The notes beneath the pieces were generated by a model. The model searched no databases. It saw only the letters and a program-made list of their open reading frames with translations, and was not told where the DNA came from. From an uncultured Candidatus Saccharibacteria bacterium (GTDB lineage Bacteria > Patescibacteriota > Saccharimonadia > Saccharimonadales > Saccharimonadaceae), in contig CAUTXA010000001.1 of NCBI GenBank assembly GCA_963542585.1, positions 4,456 to 68,455 of the forward strand: a stretch of DNA of 64,000 bases, written 5' to 3'. Positions within the stretch are counted from its first letter, which is position 1. Every line of letters begins with the position of its first letter. Of this stretch, positions 39,763 to 49,823 are shown piece by piece. The position numbers and the translations under genes were made by a program.

Positions 39763-41281
39763 CTGGAAAGATAAACTCGCTAAGACTCTTGAGAATCGTC
39801 GTTATCTCATCATTATTACTATTTGCCTAGTTATCTTAGCACCATTCTTGGTGATGGCGATATTTAACCAACCAATTGCTGACGACTATGTCTTTTTCTC
39901 CCTGGATCACCCGGGCAATCCCTTCGCTACTGTGGCGGAGTCATATCTTAATTGGTCGGGTAGACTGAGTCCTACTTTTTTAATCTCTGTCTTTTACCAT
40001 TTCTGGGGTAGTAAAACGCCGGCCATCATGGCAATATTTTTACTGGTTAGTTTGGCAGTTGTTTCAGTCCGGTTTATTAAAGTATTTTTCAGGCAGGTTA
40101 AAGCTCGTGACTTACCGTGTAGTCAAGCCCTGGCGTTAGGGCTGCTAATGACAAGCTTGATTATGCTATCGGCCTACTCTATCTATGATAGCTACCTCTG
40201 GCTGACCTCCAGTACGATCTATATCACTAGTATCATCTGTGCCATAGCAGTTGTCACTCTTACCATTCAACTATTCACCAAGCCGGTAATTACTTGGTCT
40301 AATTGGCTGATTTATATAGCCAGCTTGATATTCACTGCATTCTGCTGTGAAATAACTACTATTTATCTAGTCGGTGGCTTTGGTTTCTCGCTAATAATAT
40401 ATGGACTAGTTAAACGATTTAAGCTCTTTAAGCTAAAGAAAACGACTAAGCATAATATCAGAGTGCTGGTAGTTGGTATGGTCATTGTAGCAGGCTGTCT
40501 GCTGATTATCTATTTCTCACCGGGATCAGTTAAGCGACGTCAGACATCACATTCTATCTTTGACTGGCAAAAGGTATTCATTGAACCTCTCTTTCAGATA
40601 GCTAAGCTGGGCTATTTAGTAACCTGGGAACGTGTTTTACTGGTAGTAGGTAGTGCAATAGCTTTAGCCATAGTCCTACCCAAACTAAGACCACGACAGA
40701 CTATCGGTGTGGTAGTCAGTATCGTCATCTATCTACTGGCTATTAGTTATGTCTTTTATCTAATCATAGGCTATTCACTGGGTGGTAATATACCGCTTCG
40801 GTCGTACATAATACCGGCCGGAATTATTTTGATCGGAGTGGCCATAATCCTAGCGGTGTTGCTGAGAGAATATAGTACAAATGTTACCTATCTCTTAGAT
40901 ATAACGATGATCTTGGCGTTAATCGGAGCGGTCGCTACTTCGTATCGAGTCTACAAGCCAATCATTCGGGCGGTAATATTACGCCACGATGCCTATATTA
41001 CCAGAGAGATTGGTCTACGACAGCAAGCTAATCGTACCGGTAGTGCTATCCGGGTTACACCACTACCAATTTTACTACAGGATAGTGAGGCGCAGGATAT
41101 CGCCTTTAATAATATACAGGCGAAATGGGTAACTAAAGCGTTTAAGAAATATTACCATTTACCGGATGATGTTATGCTGGTTAACCTACCGCAGGACGAA
41201 CATTATTGTACGGTTAGTCAGAAGGATACACCGTATTATTACGGGACTCAGACTTGTGATGTAGTAATGATGGGGAGGTAG
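39752..41281 (+). CDS. Polytopic membrane protein, probable GT-C/glycan-modifying (DUF6056-like)
   Basis: P.ADDY..., YLNWSGR, FSPGSVKR; many TM helices; start moved to MAGSW after GGAG. Confidence 0.7.
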   Translation: MAGSWKDKLAKTLENRRYLIIITICLVILAPFLVMAIFNQPIADDYVFFSLDHPGNPFATVAESYLNWSGRLSPTFLISVFYHFWGSKTPAIMAIFLLVSLAVVSVRFIKVFFRQVKARDLPCSQALALGLLMTSLIMLSAYSIYDSYLWLTSSTIYITSIICAIAVVTLTIQLFTKPVITWSNWLIYIASLIFTAFCCEITTIYLVGGFGFSLIIYGLVKRFKLFKLKKTTKHNIRVLVVGMVIVAGCLLIIYFSPGSVKRRQTSHSIFDWQKVFIEPLFQIAKLGYLVTWERVLLVVGSAIALAIVLPKLRPRQTIGVVVSIVIYLLAISYVFYLIIGYSLGGNIPLRSYIIPAGIILIGVAIILAVLLREYSTNVTYLLDITMILALIGAVATSYRVYKPIIRAVILRHDAYITREIGLRQQANRTGSAIRVTPLPILLQDSEAQDIAFNNIQAKWVTKAFKKYYHLPDDVMLVNLPQDEHYCTVSQKDTPYYYGTQTCDVVMMGR

Positions 41282-41283
41282 AG

Positions 41284-42501
41284 ATGGATCAACCGGATGT
41301 ATTAGTAGTGGGAGCCGGTATATTCGGCTTAACGGTAGCTGAACGGCTGGCTACTCAGCAAGGTAAACGAGTCTTAGTCGTCGATAAGCGTGATCACATC
41401 GGTGGTAATGCCTACTCCGAGTTTGATACCGAGACGGGGATTGAATACCACAAGTATGGGGCACACCTATTTCATACTTCTGATGAAACTGTTTGGCGAT
41501 ATGTTAATCAGTTTACTAAGTTTACCGGCTATGTACATCACGTCTACGCTATGCATCAAAGAAAAGGTGCGGAGCGTCCGGAGGTCTTTCCGATGCCGGT
41601 TAACTTAGGGACGATCAACCAATTCTTCCAGTCTAACTATACGCCGGATGAAGCTAGAGAGTTAATAGCTAGGCAAGCTAAGAACAATCCGGCGGCTAAA
41701 GAGAATCGTCAGCCGGCCAACCTGGCTGAGCAGGGGATATCGCTGATCGGTGAGCCGCTATTTAATGCTTTTATTAAGAACTACACAGCTAAACAATGGC
41801 AGACACCGGCCGAAGAGCTTTCGCCGGAAATCATCAAACGTTTACCGGTTCGATACACCTATAATAACCGCTATTTTAAGGACGCTCACGAAGGGCTACC
41901 GCAGGATGGCTATGAAGCTTGGTTTCAGCGAATGGTTGAGTCCGGCAACAAATCGAGAGGCTCGGTTACTGTCAAGCTAAAGACAGATTATTTTAAGGAT
42001 GCCAATATTAAACGATTACGAGATGACGGGGTGACGACTATTTACACCGGTCCGATTGATCAGTTTTATGACTATCAGTTTGGCGAGCTATCGTGGCGAA
42101 GTCTGAAACTGGATAAAGAGGTAGTAAATGTTCATGATTTTCAGGGTTGCCCGGTCATGAATTATAACGATCTTATACCAAAGTTCACCAGGATCCACGA
42201 ATTCAAGCATTTTCATCCCGAACGAGCGGATAACGTAGCTAAATGGCCCGGTTATGCACCGGATTATAACAAAACAGTGATAGTCCGAGAATACTCCAAA
42301 GCCTGGCAACAAGGTGATGAGCCATATTATCCTATTAACACCACTAAAGATAAAGCTAAACTGGCTAAATATCAGGATTTGGCACGAGCCGACCAATCGA
42401 AGCAGATTTACTTCGGCGGCCGATTAGGTGAATATGCTTACTATGATATGGATAAATCTTTTGCCAGTGCACTAAAACTAGTTAATCAGCTGATGGTTTA
42501 G
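41284..42501 (+). CDS. glf: UDP-galactopyranose mutase
   Basis: VVGAG.FG, RDHIGGNAYS, HKYGAHLFHT, YTAKQW, RIHEFKHFHPER, EPYYPIN, GRLGEYAYYDMD. Confidence 0.96.
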   Translation: MDQPDVLVVGAGIFGLTVAERLATQQGKRVLVVDKRDHIGGNAYSEFDTETGIEYHKYGAHLFHTSDETVWRYVNQFTKFTGYVHHVYAMHQRKGAERPEVFPMPVNLGTINQFFQSNYTPDEARELIARQAKNNPAAKENRQPANLAEQGISLIGEPLFNAFIKNYTAKQWQTPAEELSPEIIKRLPVRYTYNNRYFKDAHEGLPQDGYEAWFQRMVESGNKSRGSVTVKLKTDYFKDANIKRLRDDGVTTIYTGPIDQFYDYQFGELSWRSLKLDKEVVNVHDFQGCPVMNYNDLIPKFTRIHEFKHFHPERADNVAKWPGYAPDYNKTVIVREYSKAWQQGDEPYYPINTTKDKAKLAKYQDLARADQSKQIYFGGRLGEYAYYDMDKSFASALKLVNQLMV

Positions 42502-42561
42502 TTAGCTTACGCTAAAACCATAAACGTGCTAATATAAACATAAGTAAAAAGAGGAATAATT

Positions 42562-43152
42562 ATGAAGATACGTAAACACTCCAACAAAAAAATAATCATC
42601 ATTACATTAGTAGTGCTGGCACTTATAGCGGGTGGTATCACCTATGCGGCAGTCACCCACAATCGAACAGCTAAAAGAGACCAAGCCAAAGAAGTTAAAC
42701 AGGATAGTCACAAGAAGGCTATTAAGACGAGTGATAATCATACAGATAAGACCGTAACTACCGAGAACGGCAAGACTAATCAGCCGCCTTCGGCTAATCA
42801 AGGCACGGGGAAAGCACCGGCTCGTTATGAAGGTGGTAGTACTCAGAGTCAACCCTCTTTGACCGGTTCAGTCAGTATCGCTACGCCGGTGAACGAGACG
42901 ATGAGAGTGCGGGTTACCATTAACCAGTGGATTGATGATCCTAATGGAAAATGTGAGCTAACTCTAGCTCGCTCTAATGGGCAGACTTACACTGACCAAG
43001 CCAAGCTAATTGCCAATCCGCAGACCTCCAGTTGTTATGGTTGGGATATTCCGGTTAGTAAGCTGGGGCAGGTTAAGGGTCATTGGGTTGTCAAAGTGGT
43101 GGCTAGCGGTGGTGGTAAGACCGGCACCATTACTGACGAGGTAGATCTATGA
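42562..43152 (+). CDS. Membrane-anchored protein with stalk and Cys-pair beta-rich domain
   Basis: N-terminal TM helix; paralog-like to 33979..34584. Confidence 0.75.
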   Translation: MKIRKHSNKKIIIITLVVLALIAGGITYAAVTHNRTAKRDQAKEVKQDSHKKAIKTSDNHTDKTVTTENGKTNQPPSANQGTGKAPARYEGGSTQSQPSLTGSVSIATPVNETMRVRVTINQWIDDPNGKCELTLARSNGQTYTDQAKLIANPQTSSCYGWDIPVSKLGQVKGHWVVKVVASGGGKTGTITDEVDL

Positions 43153-44951
43153 AAGATGGTGGACTGAAGATAACTGCCCACAAGTCACGGCTGGCGATAG
43201 CTGTGGTACTACTAGCGAGTGTACTTTGCTGTAGTCTGATGGTGTATACGCTATTTCATTCCGGTAGACAGGCTAAAGCTTATCTAGCCGGCTATGACGA
43301 TAGTAATATCATGACTGACTTCGTCATGAGTAATACTACCACCATGAGTGAGCGGAATATCTGGGACTTTCTCCATAGCAAGAACCCATGTAATGACCGT
43401 AACCTAGCTAAGGCGGTCAAGGGATACCACTACAATATTAGAGACGGTCACTTCGTCTGTATGGCGGATGAGATGTTTAGCGGTCAGACGACCTCGCATA
43501 TCATCTGGCAAGCGGCTCAAGATTATCACATCAATCCTCAAGTTCTGTTGGTTGTACTGGAGAAAGAACAGCGGCTAGTCAGTGATACCTTCCCCAGTAA
43601 CCTTGAATACAACCATGCCACAGGCTTTAATTGTCCGGACGACGGTAAGGGTTGTCGACCGGAACACGCCGGCTTCATTAATCAAGTTCGCTCAGCGGCA
43701 GCTTTCTTCCGTGAGGTGCTTGATGGTGGTTGGAGCAACTACCCGGCTTACGAGACGAGTAATATCCTATATCATCCGAATCGTAGTTGTGGCTCGAAGC
43801 GAGTTTACGTAGCTAACCGGGCTACTTCCGCTCTTTATCGCTATACCCCCTATGTACCCAACCAGGCAGCACTCCGAGCTAACTGGGGCTACGGTGATGC
43901 CTGCAGTGCCTATGGTAACCGCAATTTCTATAACATGTTTACTAATTGGTTCGGCAGTACTAGGGGATATGAAGTCTATGGTGGCATCCTTGATGGCTAT
44001 AACTCAGCCGGTGGAGCAAGGGTACTTGGTAACCCGACGATGAATGAATCATGTGGGCTGAAAAATCAGGGTTGCTATCAGGTATTTGATAGAGGTGTTG
44101 TCTATTGGACTAAAGCTTTAGGTGGTCACGCTGTCAGAAAAGGCAAGATTCACCAACGTTGGTTTGAGCTGGGGTTAGAGTATGGTGTACTTGGCTACCC
44201 TGTAGGAAATCAAGTCGACGGAATTAAGGGCGGCGGTAGCTATCAGAACTTTGAGGGCGGGGCTATCCTCTATCATCCACAGACCGGTGCTCATGAGAAC
44301 TATGGTGGTATCAGAGAAACATATAGGCAGATGAAGTTTGAGAATGGCATGCTTGGCTACCCGGTGTCTAAGGAGGGCTGTGGCTTGGTTGAGCAGGGTT
44401 GCTATCAGCATTATCAAGGAGGGTCAATCTACTGGACACCAAAGTACAATGGTATGGTAATCTATGGAGCGATTAGGGACAAGTGGTTCCGGCTAGGCTT
44501 CGAGAATAGTCCGTTAGGCTATCCGACTGGTGGGGAACACTGCTATGATGGACTTAACTGCTATCGTGATTTTGAACGAGGGTCAATCTACTGGTATAAC
44601 GGATATTTTACTTATGCCAACTACGGTCAGATTGCTCAGAAGTATCGGGAGATTGGTCGCAGTAAGACTATTCTGGGCTATCCGATAATGGATCAGGTGT
44701 GCGGTCTAGTTAGAGGCGGTTGCTACCAGGCGATGCAGGGTGCTAACGGCTCAATCTACTACAGTCCCAAGGCCGGAGTACATATATTATTCGGCGGCAT
44801 CAAAGCGAAGTGGATGCAGCTCGGCTATGAGTGGGGAAGGCTAGGTTATCCGACTAGTGATGAATATATGGTCAGCGGCGGTGTCAGGCAAGACTTTGAG
44901 GGTGGCTCTATCACCTGGAAGCATGGTCAAGCGTACGAGTCTTATCGCTAG
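43149..44951 (+). CDS. Secreted protein with Cys-rich N-terminal domain and six LGFP repeats
   Basis: Signal peptide; INPQVLLVVLEKEQ.L and NRATSALYRYTPY domain; repeats LGNPT, LGYPV, LGYPV, LGYPT, LGYPI, LGYPT with Q.F.GG.IYW-type segments. Confidence 0.85.
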   Translation: MKDGGLKITAHKSRLAIAVVLLASVLCCSLMVYTLFHSGRQAKAYLAGYDDSNIMTDFVMSNTTTMSERNIWDFLHSKNPCNDRNLAKAVKGYHYNIRDGHFVCMADEMFSGQTTSHIIWQAAQDYHINPQVLLVVLEKEQRLVSDTFPSNLEYNHATGFNCPDDGKGCRPEHAGFINQVRSAAAFFREVLDGGWSNYPAYETSNILYHPNRSCGSKRVYVANRATSALYRYTPYVPNQAALRANWGYGDACSAYGNRNFYNMFTNWFGSTRGYEVYGGILDGYNSAGGARVLGNPTMNESCGLKNQGCYQVFDRGVVYWTKALGGHAVRKGKIHQRWFELGLEYGVLGYPVGNQVDGIKGGGSYQNFEGGAILYHPQTGAHENYGGIRETYRQMKFENGMLGYPVSKEGCGLVEQGCYQHYQGGSIYWTPKYNGMVIYGAIRDKWFRLGFENSPLGYPTGGEHCYDGLNCYRDFERGSIYWYNGYFTYANYGQIAQKYREIGRSKTILGYPIMDQVCGLVRGGCYQAMQGANGSIYYSPKAGVHILFGGIKAKWMQLGYEWGRLGYPTSDEYMVSGGVRQDFEGGSITWKHGQAYESYR

Positions 44952-44968
44952 ATGCTATAATAGACTCT

Positions 44969-47236
44969 ATGAAGAAGAAGCCGTTACGTGATGGTGGGCA
45001 GCTGTTGGTGTCGGTTTTAATACCGATATATAACGTGGAGAAGTACTTAGACCAGTGTCTAGCCAGTCTGGCAGCTCAGACTATTGAAGATGCCGAGTTT
45101 ATCTGCATCAACGACGGATCGACTGATAGTTGCCCGGCGATCATTCAGTCGTACATGAAGCGAGATAAGAGGTTTAAGCTACTGGATAAGGCTAACTCCG
45201 GTTATGGCGACAGTATGAACCAGGGACTAAAGAAAGCTAGGGGTAAGTATATTGGGATTGTCGAGTCGGACGACTGGGCGGAACCAACTATGTTTGCCGA
45301 GCTCACTAAACTGGCTGAGGATAATCAGGCACAGGCGGTGAAAAGCGACTTCTATTTCTATGTTAGTCGCAGTGGCGGCAGTAATACCAAATGTAATCTG
45401 ATGGATCCTAGCGAGATCGGTACGATAGTCACACCTCGTCAAACACCTTATATTTTTAACCGCATGGCGTCAATCTGGTCAGGTCTATATCTGAAACAAT
45501 TTCTGGTAGACAACAAGATTGATTTCTTGCCTACGCCGGGGGCATCTTATCAGGATACCGGTTTTAATTTCAAGGTCTGGACGATGGCTGACCGGGCTGT
45601 CTATACTACCAATGCTTACTTACACTATCGGATCGATAACGAGACCTCGTCGGTTAAGAGTCGAGCTAAAGTTTTCTGCGTCTGTGACGAGTTTGACAGT
45701 ATCAAACAATATCTGATTGATCATGATCGGATGGATCAGCTAAAGTCAGTTTATACTTGGCGTAAGTATGATATCTATCGTTGGAATCAGGGTAGGTTGG
45801 ATGGTCAGAATCTACGTGATTTTACTGAGCGGATGGCGGAAGAATTCAGGCAGGATCAGTCGGAGGGTTATTTCGATCTAACTGATTTTGATGATCAACA
45901 CAGAGAAGACTTAAAGAGGATCATGAAATCACCTAGTCAATATTTACGACGTCGGGCGATCCGTCAAGCTATTGGTAAGGTCTATCGTCGGATAGGTCGA
46001 GCGTTGTCGCATCTAAGTAGGTCATATATCAAACGACAAGAGGTTATCTATAAGCTGGCCGGCTCAATTAAGCTTAACGATGACAGTATTAGTCATTATC
46101 AAGGGGAGATGGTTGATCAGCCGACGAAATACGCTGAGCTGTCTGTAGTCAGTCAGCCTTTTATCTCTGTCATCATCCCTGTCTATAATGCCGAGCAATA
46201 TCTGACGGAAACTATCGACAGCTTAATTAATCAGACTCTGGCGAATATCGAGGTAATTTGTATTGATGATGGCTCAACCGACGGATCGCTGGCACTATTA
46301 AAGAAATATGCTAAGCGGGATAAGCGTATTAAGGTTTATCATCAGAAAAATGCCGGAGTAGCGACAGCTCGTAATGAAGGGCTGCGACGGGCTAGTGGTA
46401 AGTATGTCATGTGGTGTGATAGTGATGATACCTACACTCCCAATATGTGTCTCAAGATGTTTAATATCATGGAGCGGCGTCGGGTTGACCTGGCTATCTG
46501 TAGTCAAAATGTCATATTAAATCAGCTGGAGCGTAAGCTGAGGCGTGACACTAAGTCTTATCTGGAGCAGAAATACAATGATTCTCAGCTCATCAACTGG
46601 CAGCTAATCGTTAATACGGATGTTTCGCTGTGGAATAAGATTTTTCGTAAAGATATCATTGATCGTTATGATATCAAGTTCCCCGATGGTTTACTCTTTG
46701 AGGATGCTTACTTTTGTAACTGTTACATGCTGAGGTGTCAAACCATCTTCTTTTGTAAAGATAAGCTATATAACTACATTCGTCGTCCCAGTAGCATCAT
46801 GTCGACATCGTTTCGCAAGCATAAGTCAAGTGCGGATTATCTCAAGATTACTGAGTCGATATTTCGCTACCTCAAGGAACAGGATATGTATAGTCAGTAT
46901 GCTGATTTCTTCTGGCTCCGTCTGATCCAGGATTATAGCTATGCTCACGACAACCAGACTCGTAAAGGTAAACTAGAGACACAGTTGTCGGTACGAGAGT
47001 TTATCGACCAAAATTATGATGACTTTCAGCAGGCTGACCCGGGGATTCAGCGAGCTGTTTGGCGGACGCTCAAAATCTTGCCAATACTGAAACTGAAAGA
47101 GCAAACTAAGAATCTACTAAAGCGGGTTTGGTTCAAGCTGAGCAAACGATATCGTCAGCATATAGATATGCTGAACCTGAGCAATCAGGTAGCCGGTCAA
47201 GCTGATTACTTAGAGTACTTAACTAAAAACAGGTAA
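44969..47236 (+). CDS. Tandem double-domain GT2 glycosyltransferase
   Basis: Two GT-A domains: VSVLIPIYNVEKYL...ESDD and ISVIIPVYNAEQYL...DSDD. Confidence 0.9.
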   Translation: MKKKPLRDGGQLLVSVLIPIYNVEKYLDQCLASLAAQTIEDAEFICINDGSTDSCPAIIQSYMKRDKRFKLLDKANSGYGDSMNQGLKKARGKYIGIVESDDWAEPTMFAELTKLAEDNQAQAVKSDFYFYVSRSGGSNTKCNLMDPSEIGTIVTPRQTPYIFNRMASIWSGLYLKQFLVDNKIDFLPTPGASYQDTGFNFKVWTMADRAVYTTNAYLHYRIDNETSSVKSRAKVFCVCDEFDSIKQYLIDHDRMDQLKSVYTWRKYDIYRWNQGRLDGQNLRDFTERMAEEFRQDQSEGYFDLTDFDDQHREDLKRIMKSPSQYLRRRAIRQAIGKVYRRIGRALSHLSRSYIKRQEVIYKLAGSIKLNDDSISHYQGEMVDQPTKYAELSVVSQPFISVIIPVYNAEQYLTETIDSLINQTLANIEVICIDDGSTDGSLALLKKYAKRDKRIKVYHQKNAGVATARNEGLRRASGKYVMWCDSDDTYTPNMCLKMFNIMERRRVDLAICSQNVILNQLERKLRRDTKSYLEQKYNDSQLINWQLIVNTDVSLWNKIFRKDIIDRYDIKFPDGLLFEDAYFCNCYMLRCQTIFFCKDKLYNYIRRPSSIMSTSFRKHKSSADYLKITESIFRYLKEQDMYSQYADFFWLRLIQDYSYAHDNQTRKGKLETQLSVREFIDQNYDDFQQADPGIQRAVWRTLKILPILKLKEQTKNLLKRVWFKLSKRYRQHIDMLNLSNQVAGQADYLEYLTKNR

Positions 47237-48396
47237 TGTCTAGTGAGGCAGATAGCAATCCCCGCATAGCTCTAGTCTGTGATTGGTTGACGGAGACTGG
47301 TGGGGCGGAACAAGTACTCTTAGAGTTAACTAAGATTTTTCCCGAAGCACCGATCTATACTTCGCAATATCGTCCTCGTTCGGCTACTAAGTTCCAAGGC
47401 AAACGAGTGATTACGGGTCGACTAAATATTCTGCCCGGGGCTTTACGTAAGTTCATCGCTCCTTTGCGGGCGCACTACTTTAATCACTTGTGCCTGACCG
47501 GCTATGATATCGTTATCTCAGTTTGCAACGCTGAATGTAAAGGTATCAAAGTGGCGAGCGGTACTCGTCATATTGCCTATCTACAGGGTCCGCCTACCCA
47601 GTATTACTGGGGTATGTATGATCAATATATCGCTAACCCCGGTTTCGGTAAGCTTAATTGGCTAGCTCGTTTTGGATTAAGAGTGCTGATCAAGCCGATG
47701 CGTCGCTCGGATTGGCGAGCAGCTCAGCGCCCCGATGTCTTGCTGGCTAATTCACACTACGTAGCGGATGAGATCAAGCGTTACTATGGTAGATCCAGTC
47801 AAGTGTTGTTTCCTCTGGCCCAAGTAGATCAGATCAAGCTGGCTAGCCAGCAGGTAAAAGCAAAAGATACCCGTCAGATCCGCCAAGAGCTATTTAGAGG
47901 GGGAGACTTTTATGTCGTGGCCGGTCGGCAGGTGAACTGGAAGAGATTTGACTTAGCTATCCGGGCTTGCCTGGAAACCGGAGAGAACTTGCTGGTGATC
48001 GGTAGCGGACCGGAACACAATTCACTGGTGAAACTGGCGGGGAATAGCCCACAGATCAAGTTCTTACCTAAATATGATGGGGTAGGAGAGGTAGTTAAAT
48101 ATTATCGGTCAGCTAAAGGGCTAATTTTCCCCAGCCTGGAGCCTTTCGGCATCGTACCGGTTGAGGCATTAGCGAGCGGGTTGCCGGTACTGGCATTCCG
48201 GCGTGGCGGGTCGGCTGACATCATTAGAGACGGAGCAAATGGGTTATTTTTCCCGGAACAAACGGTCAATAGCTTGGCGGAGGGAATAAAAAGATTTAAC
48301 GTCGCACAATTTAAGCATGACCAAGTAGTTAAATCAGCCGAACGTTTCTCTGCGGAGCACTTTCGGAAGAATATTAAGCAGATAATAGAGCAGTGA
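47236..48396 (+). CDS. Family 4 glycosyltransferase (mannosyltransferase-like)
   Basis: IALVCDWL...GGAEQV, GRQVNWKRFD, EPFGIVPVEALASG.PV. Confidence 0.9.
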   Translation: MSSEADSNPRIALVCDWLTETGGAEQVLLELTKIFPEAPIYTSQYRPRSATKFQGKRVITGRLNILPGALRKFIAPLRAHYFNHLCLTGYDIVISVCNAECKGIKVASGTRHIAYLQGPPTQYYWGMYDQYIANPGFGKLNWLARFGLRVLIKPMRRSDWRAAQRPDVLLANSHYVADEIKRYYGRSSQVLFPLAQVDQIKLASQQVKAKDTRQIRQELFRGGDFYVVAGRQVNWKRFDLAIRACLETGENLLVIGSGPEHNSLVKLAGNSPQIKFLPKYDGVGEVVKYYRSAKGLIFPSLEPFGIVPVEALASGLPVLAFRRGGSADIIRDGANGLFFPEQTVNSLAEGIKRFNVAQFKHDQVVKSAERFSAEHFRKNIKQIIEQ

Positions 48397-49823
48397 CCGG
48401 TAAATTAAAGCTAATCCTAACTAAACTAAAGGCGTTCCGGCGACTGTCGCTGCTGGAACGGCTTTGGCTCATGGCGCCAATTATGATCTGGTTTTCTTAT
48501 TTACCGCAAATCAGTTTGGCGGAAGACGGCACGATGAACTACGAGCTGTCACTGACGCTGATCTATGTTGTGATATTGGCAATTGTCGGGTTACCGAGGG
48601 TTTGGTGCCACCGGTCAGAGCTGAGGCAATTGAGGTTGGTTTGGCTGGCTAGTGCCTTTGTCGGCTGGTCCGGTTTATGTGTAATCTGGTCAGATAATCA
48701 CACTAGAGGTCTACTGACTTTTGCTGTATATGCCACGCTGTATCTAGCCTTCTTAGCGTTAGTGGCTGAGCGTCGTCTGCTGTGTCAGCTATTACCAAAG
48801 CTGGTAAGAGTAGCTATCCGGGCGACGACATCGGCTTGCCTCTTGGCGATTGCCCAGATAATTTTAGGGACATTTGTTGTCGTTGATCATCATACCTTCG
48901 GGCTGTGTGCCGGCTGCGTGGCGGGACAGTTTGGCTTCATCCGGCCAAACCTACTGGCGATTGAGCCACAGTTCTTAGGTAGTTTACTATTAGCGCCACT
49001 TCTTTATATCACTTATCTAACCTTGCAGGGGAAACATGACTATGCTAAGCAGCCATTACTATTAGTGCTGATGCTGACTACTTTATGGTTAACGCTATCT
49101 CGAGGAGCAATCTATGCTTATCTGGCTAGCCTGGTAGTGATGATTTTGCTGGTCAGAAAGTGGCGTCGTCAGCTAGCGGTAGTAGGGCTGATCGCCTTAT
49201 CTCTAGTGATCTGTCTGGTCTGCCAAGGTGCTCTAGCCAGCACTAATCTGCGGATTGACAGTAGCTTTACCCAGGCAGTATCGACCAGTCTGAATCATCT
49301 ATCAATGGGAATCATCCGGCTTCCCTATCAGCGGAAATCGCCGACTTCCCTGCCGTCGATTCCTCAAGATCACGATAAGCAGCCGGCTTATCATGGCTAC
49401 GTTGCTGAGTCGACTAACGTGCGACTAGGTCTGACGAAGACTGCTCTGGCTGCTTGGCGGTCTAACCGGCTCGGTCAGCAGCTCTTTGGCACCGGACTGG
49501 GCTCAGCCGGGATAGTCTTAGCTCGGCAGACGGGAAGTCAGTACCAAAAGGAGATAGTCCAAAATGAGTTTGTCGAAGTCTTGTTAGAGCGGGGGTTGAT
49601 CGGTCTAGTTTTATTGGGTGGACTAGTGGCACTATACGGGAGATTATGCTTTCATAGGCGAGATTATTTAGCACTAGCTATCTTAGTTGCCTACCTCACG
49701 CAGTGGTGCTTCTTTAGCGGGCTACCTAATGCCCTGCATATCTATCTAGTGCTAGCGCTGCTAAGCGCTAAGCTGCTAGACGGCACCTCGGCTGGTAAAG
49801 ACTTGCCGGACGGTCTTAAATAA
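48393..49823 (+). CDS. O-antigen ligase/polymerase-like membrane protein
   Basis: IEPQFLG, LTLSRGA, FGTGLGS, QNEFVEVLLERGLIG; many TM helices. Confidence 0.8.
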   Translation: MTGKLKLILTKLKAFRRLSLLERLWLMAPIMIWFSYLPQISLAEDGTMNYELSLTLIYVVILAIVGLPRVWCHRSELRQLRLVWLASAFVGWSGLCVIWSDNHTRGLLTFAVYATLYLAFLALVAERRLLCQLLPKLVRVAIRATTSACLLAIAQIILGTFVVVDHHTFGLCAGCVAGQFGFIRPNLLAIEPQFLGSLLLAPLLYITYLTLQGKHDYAKQPLLLVLMLTTLWLTLSRGAIYAYLASLVVMILLVRKWRRQLAVVGLIALSLVICLVCQGALASTNLRIDSSFTQAVSTSLNHLSMGIIRLPYQRKSPTSLPSIPQDHDKQPAYHGYVAESTNVRLGLTKTALAAWRSNRLGQQLFGTGLGSAGIVLARQTGSQYQKEIVQNEFVEVLLERGLIGLVLLGGLVALYGRLCFHRRDYLALAILVAYLTQWCFFSGLPNALHIYLVLALLSAKLLDGTSAGKDLPDGLK

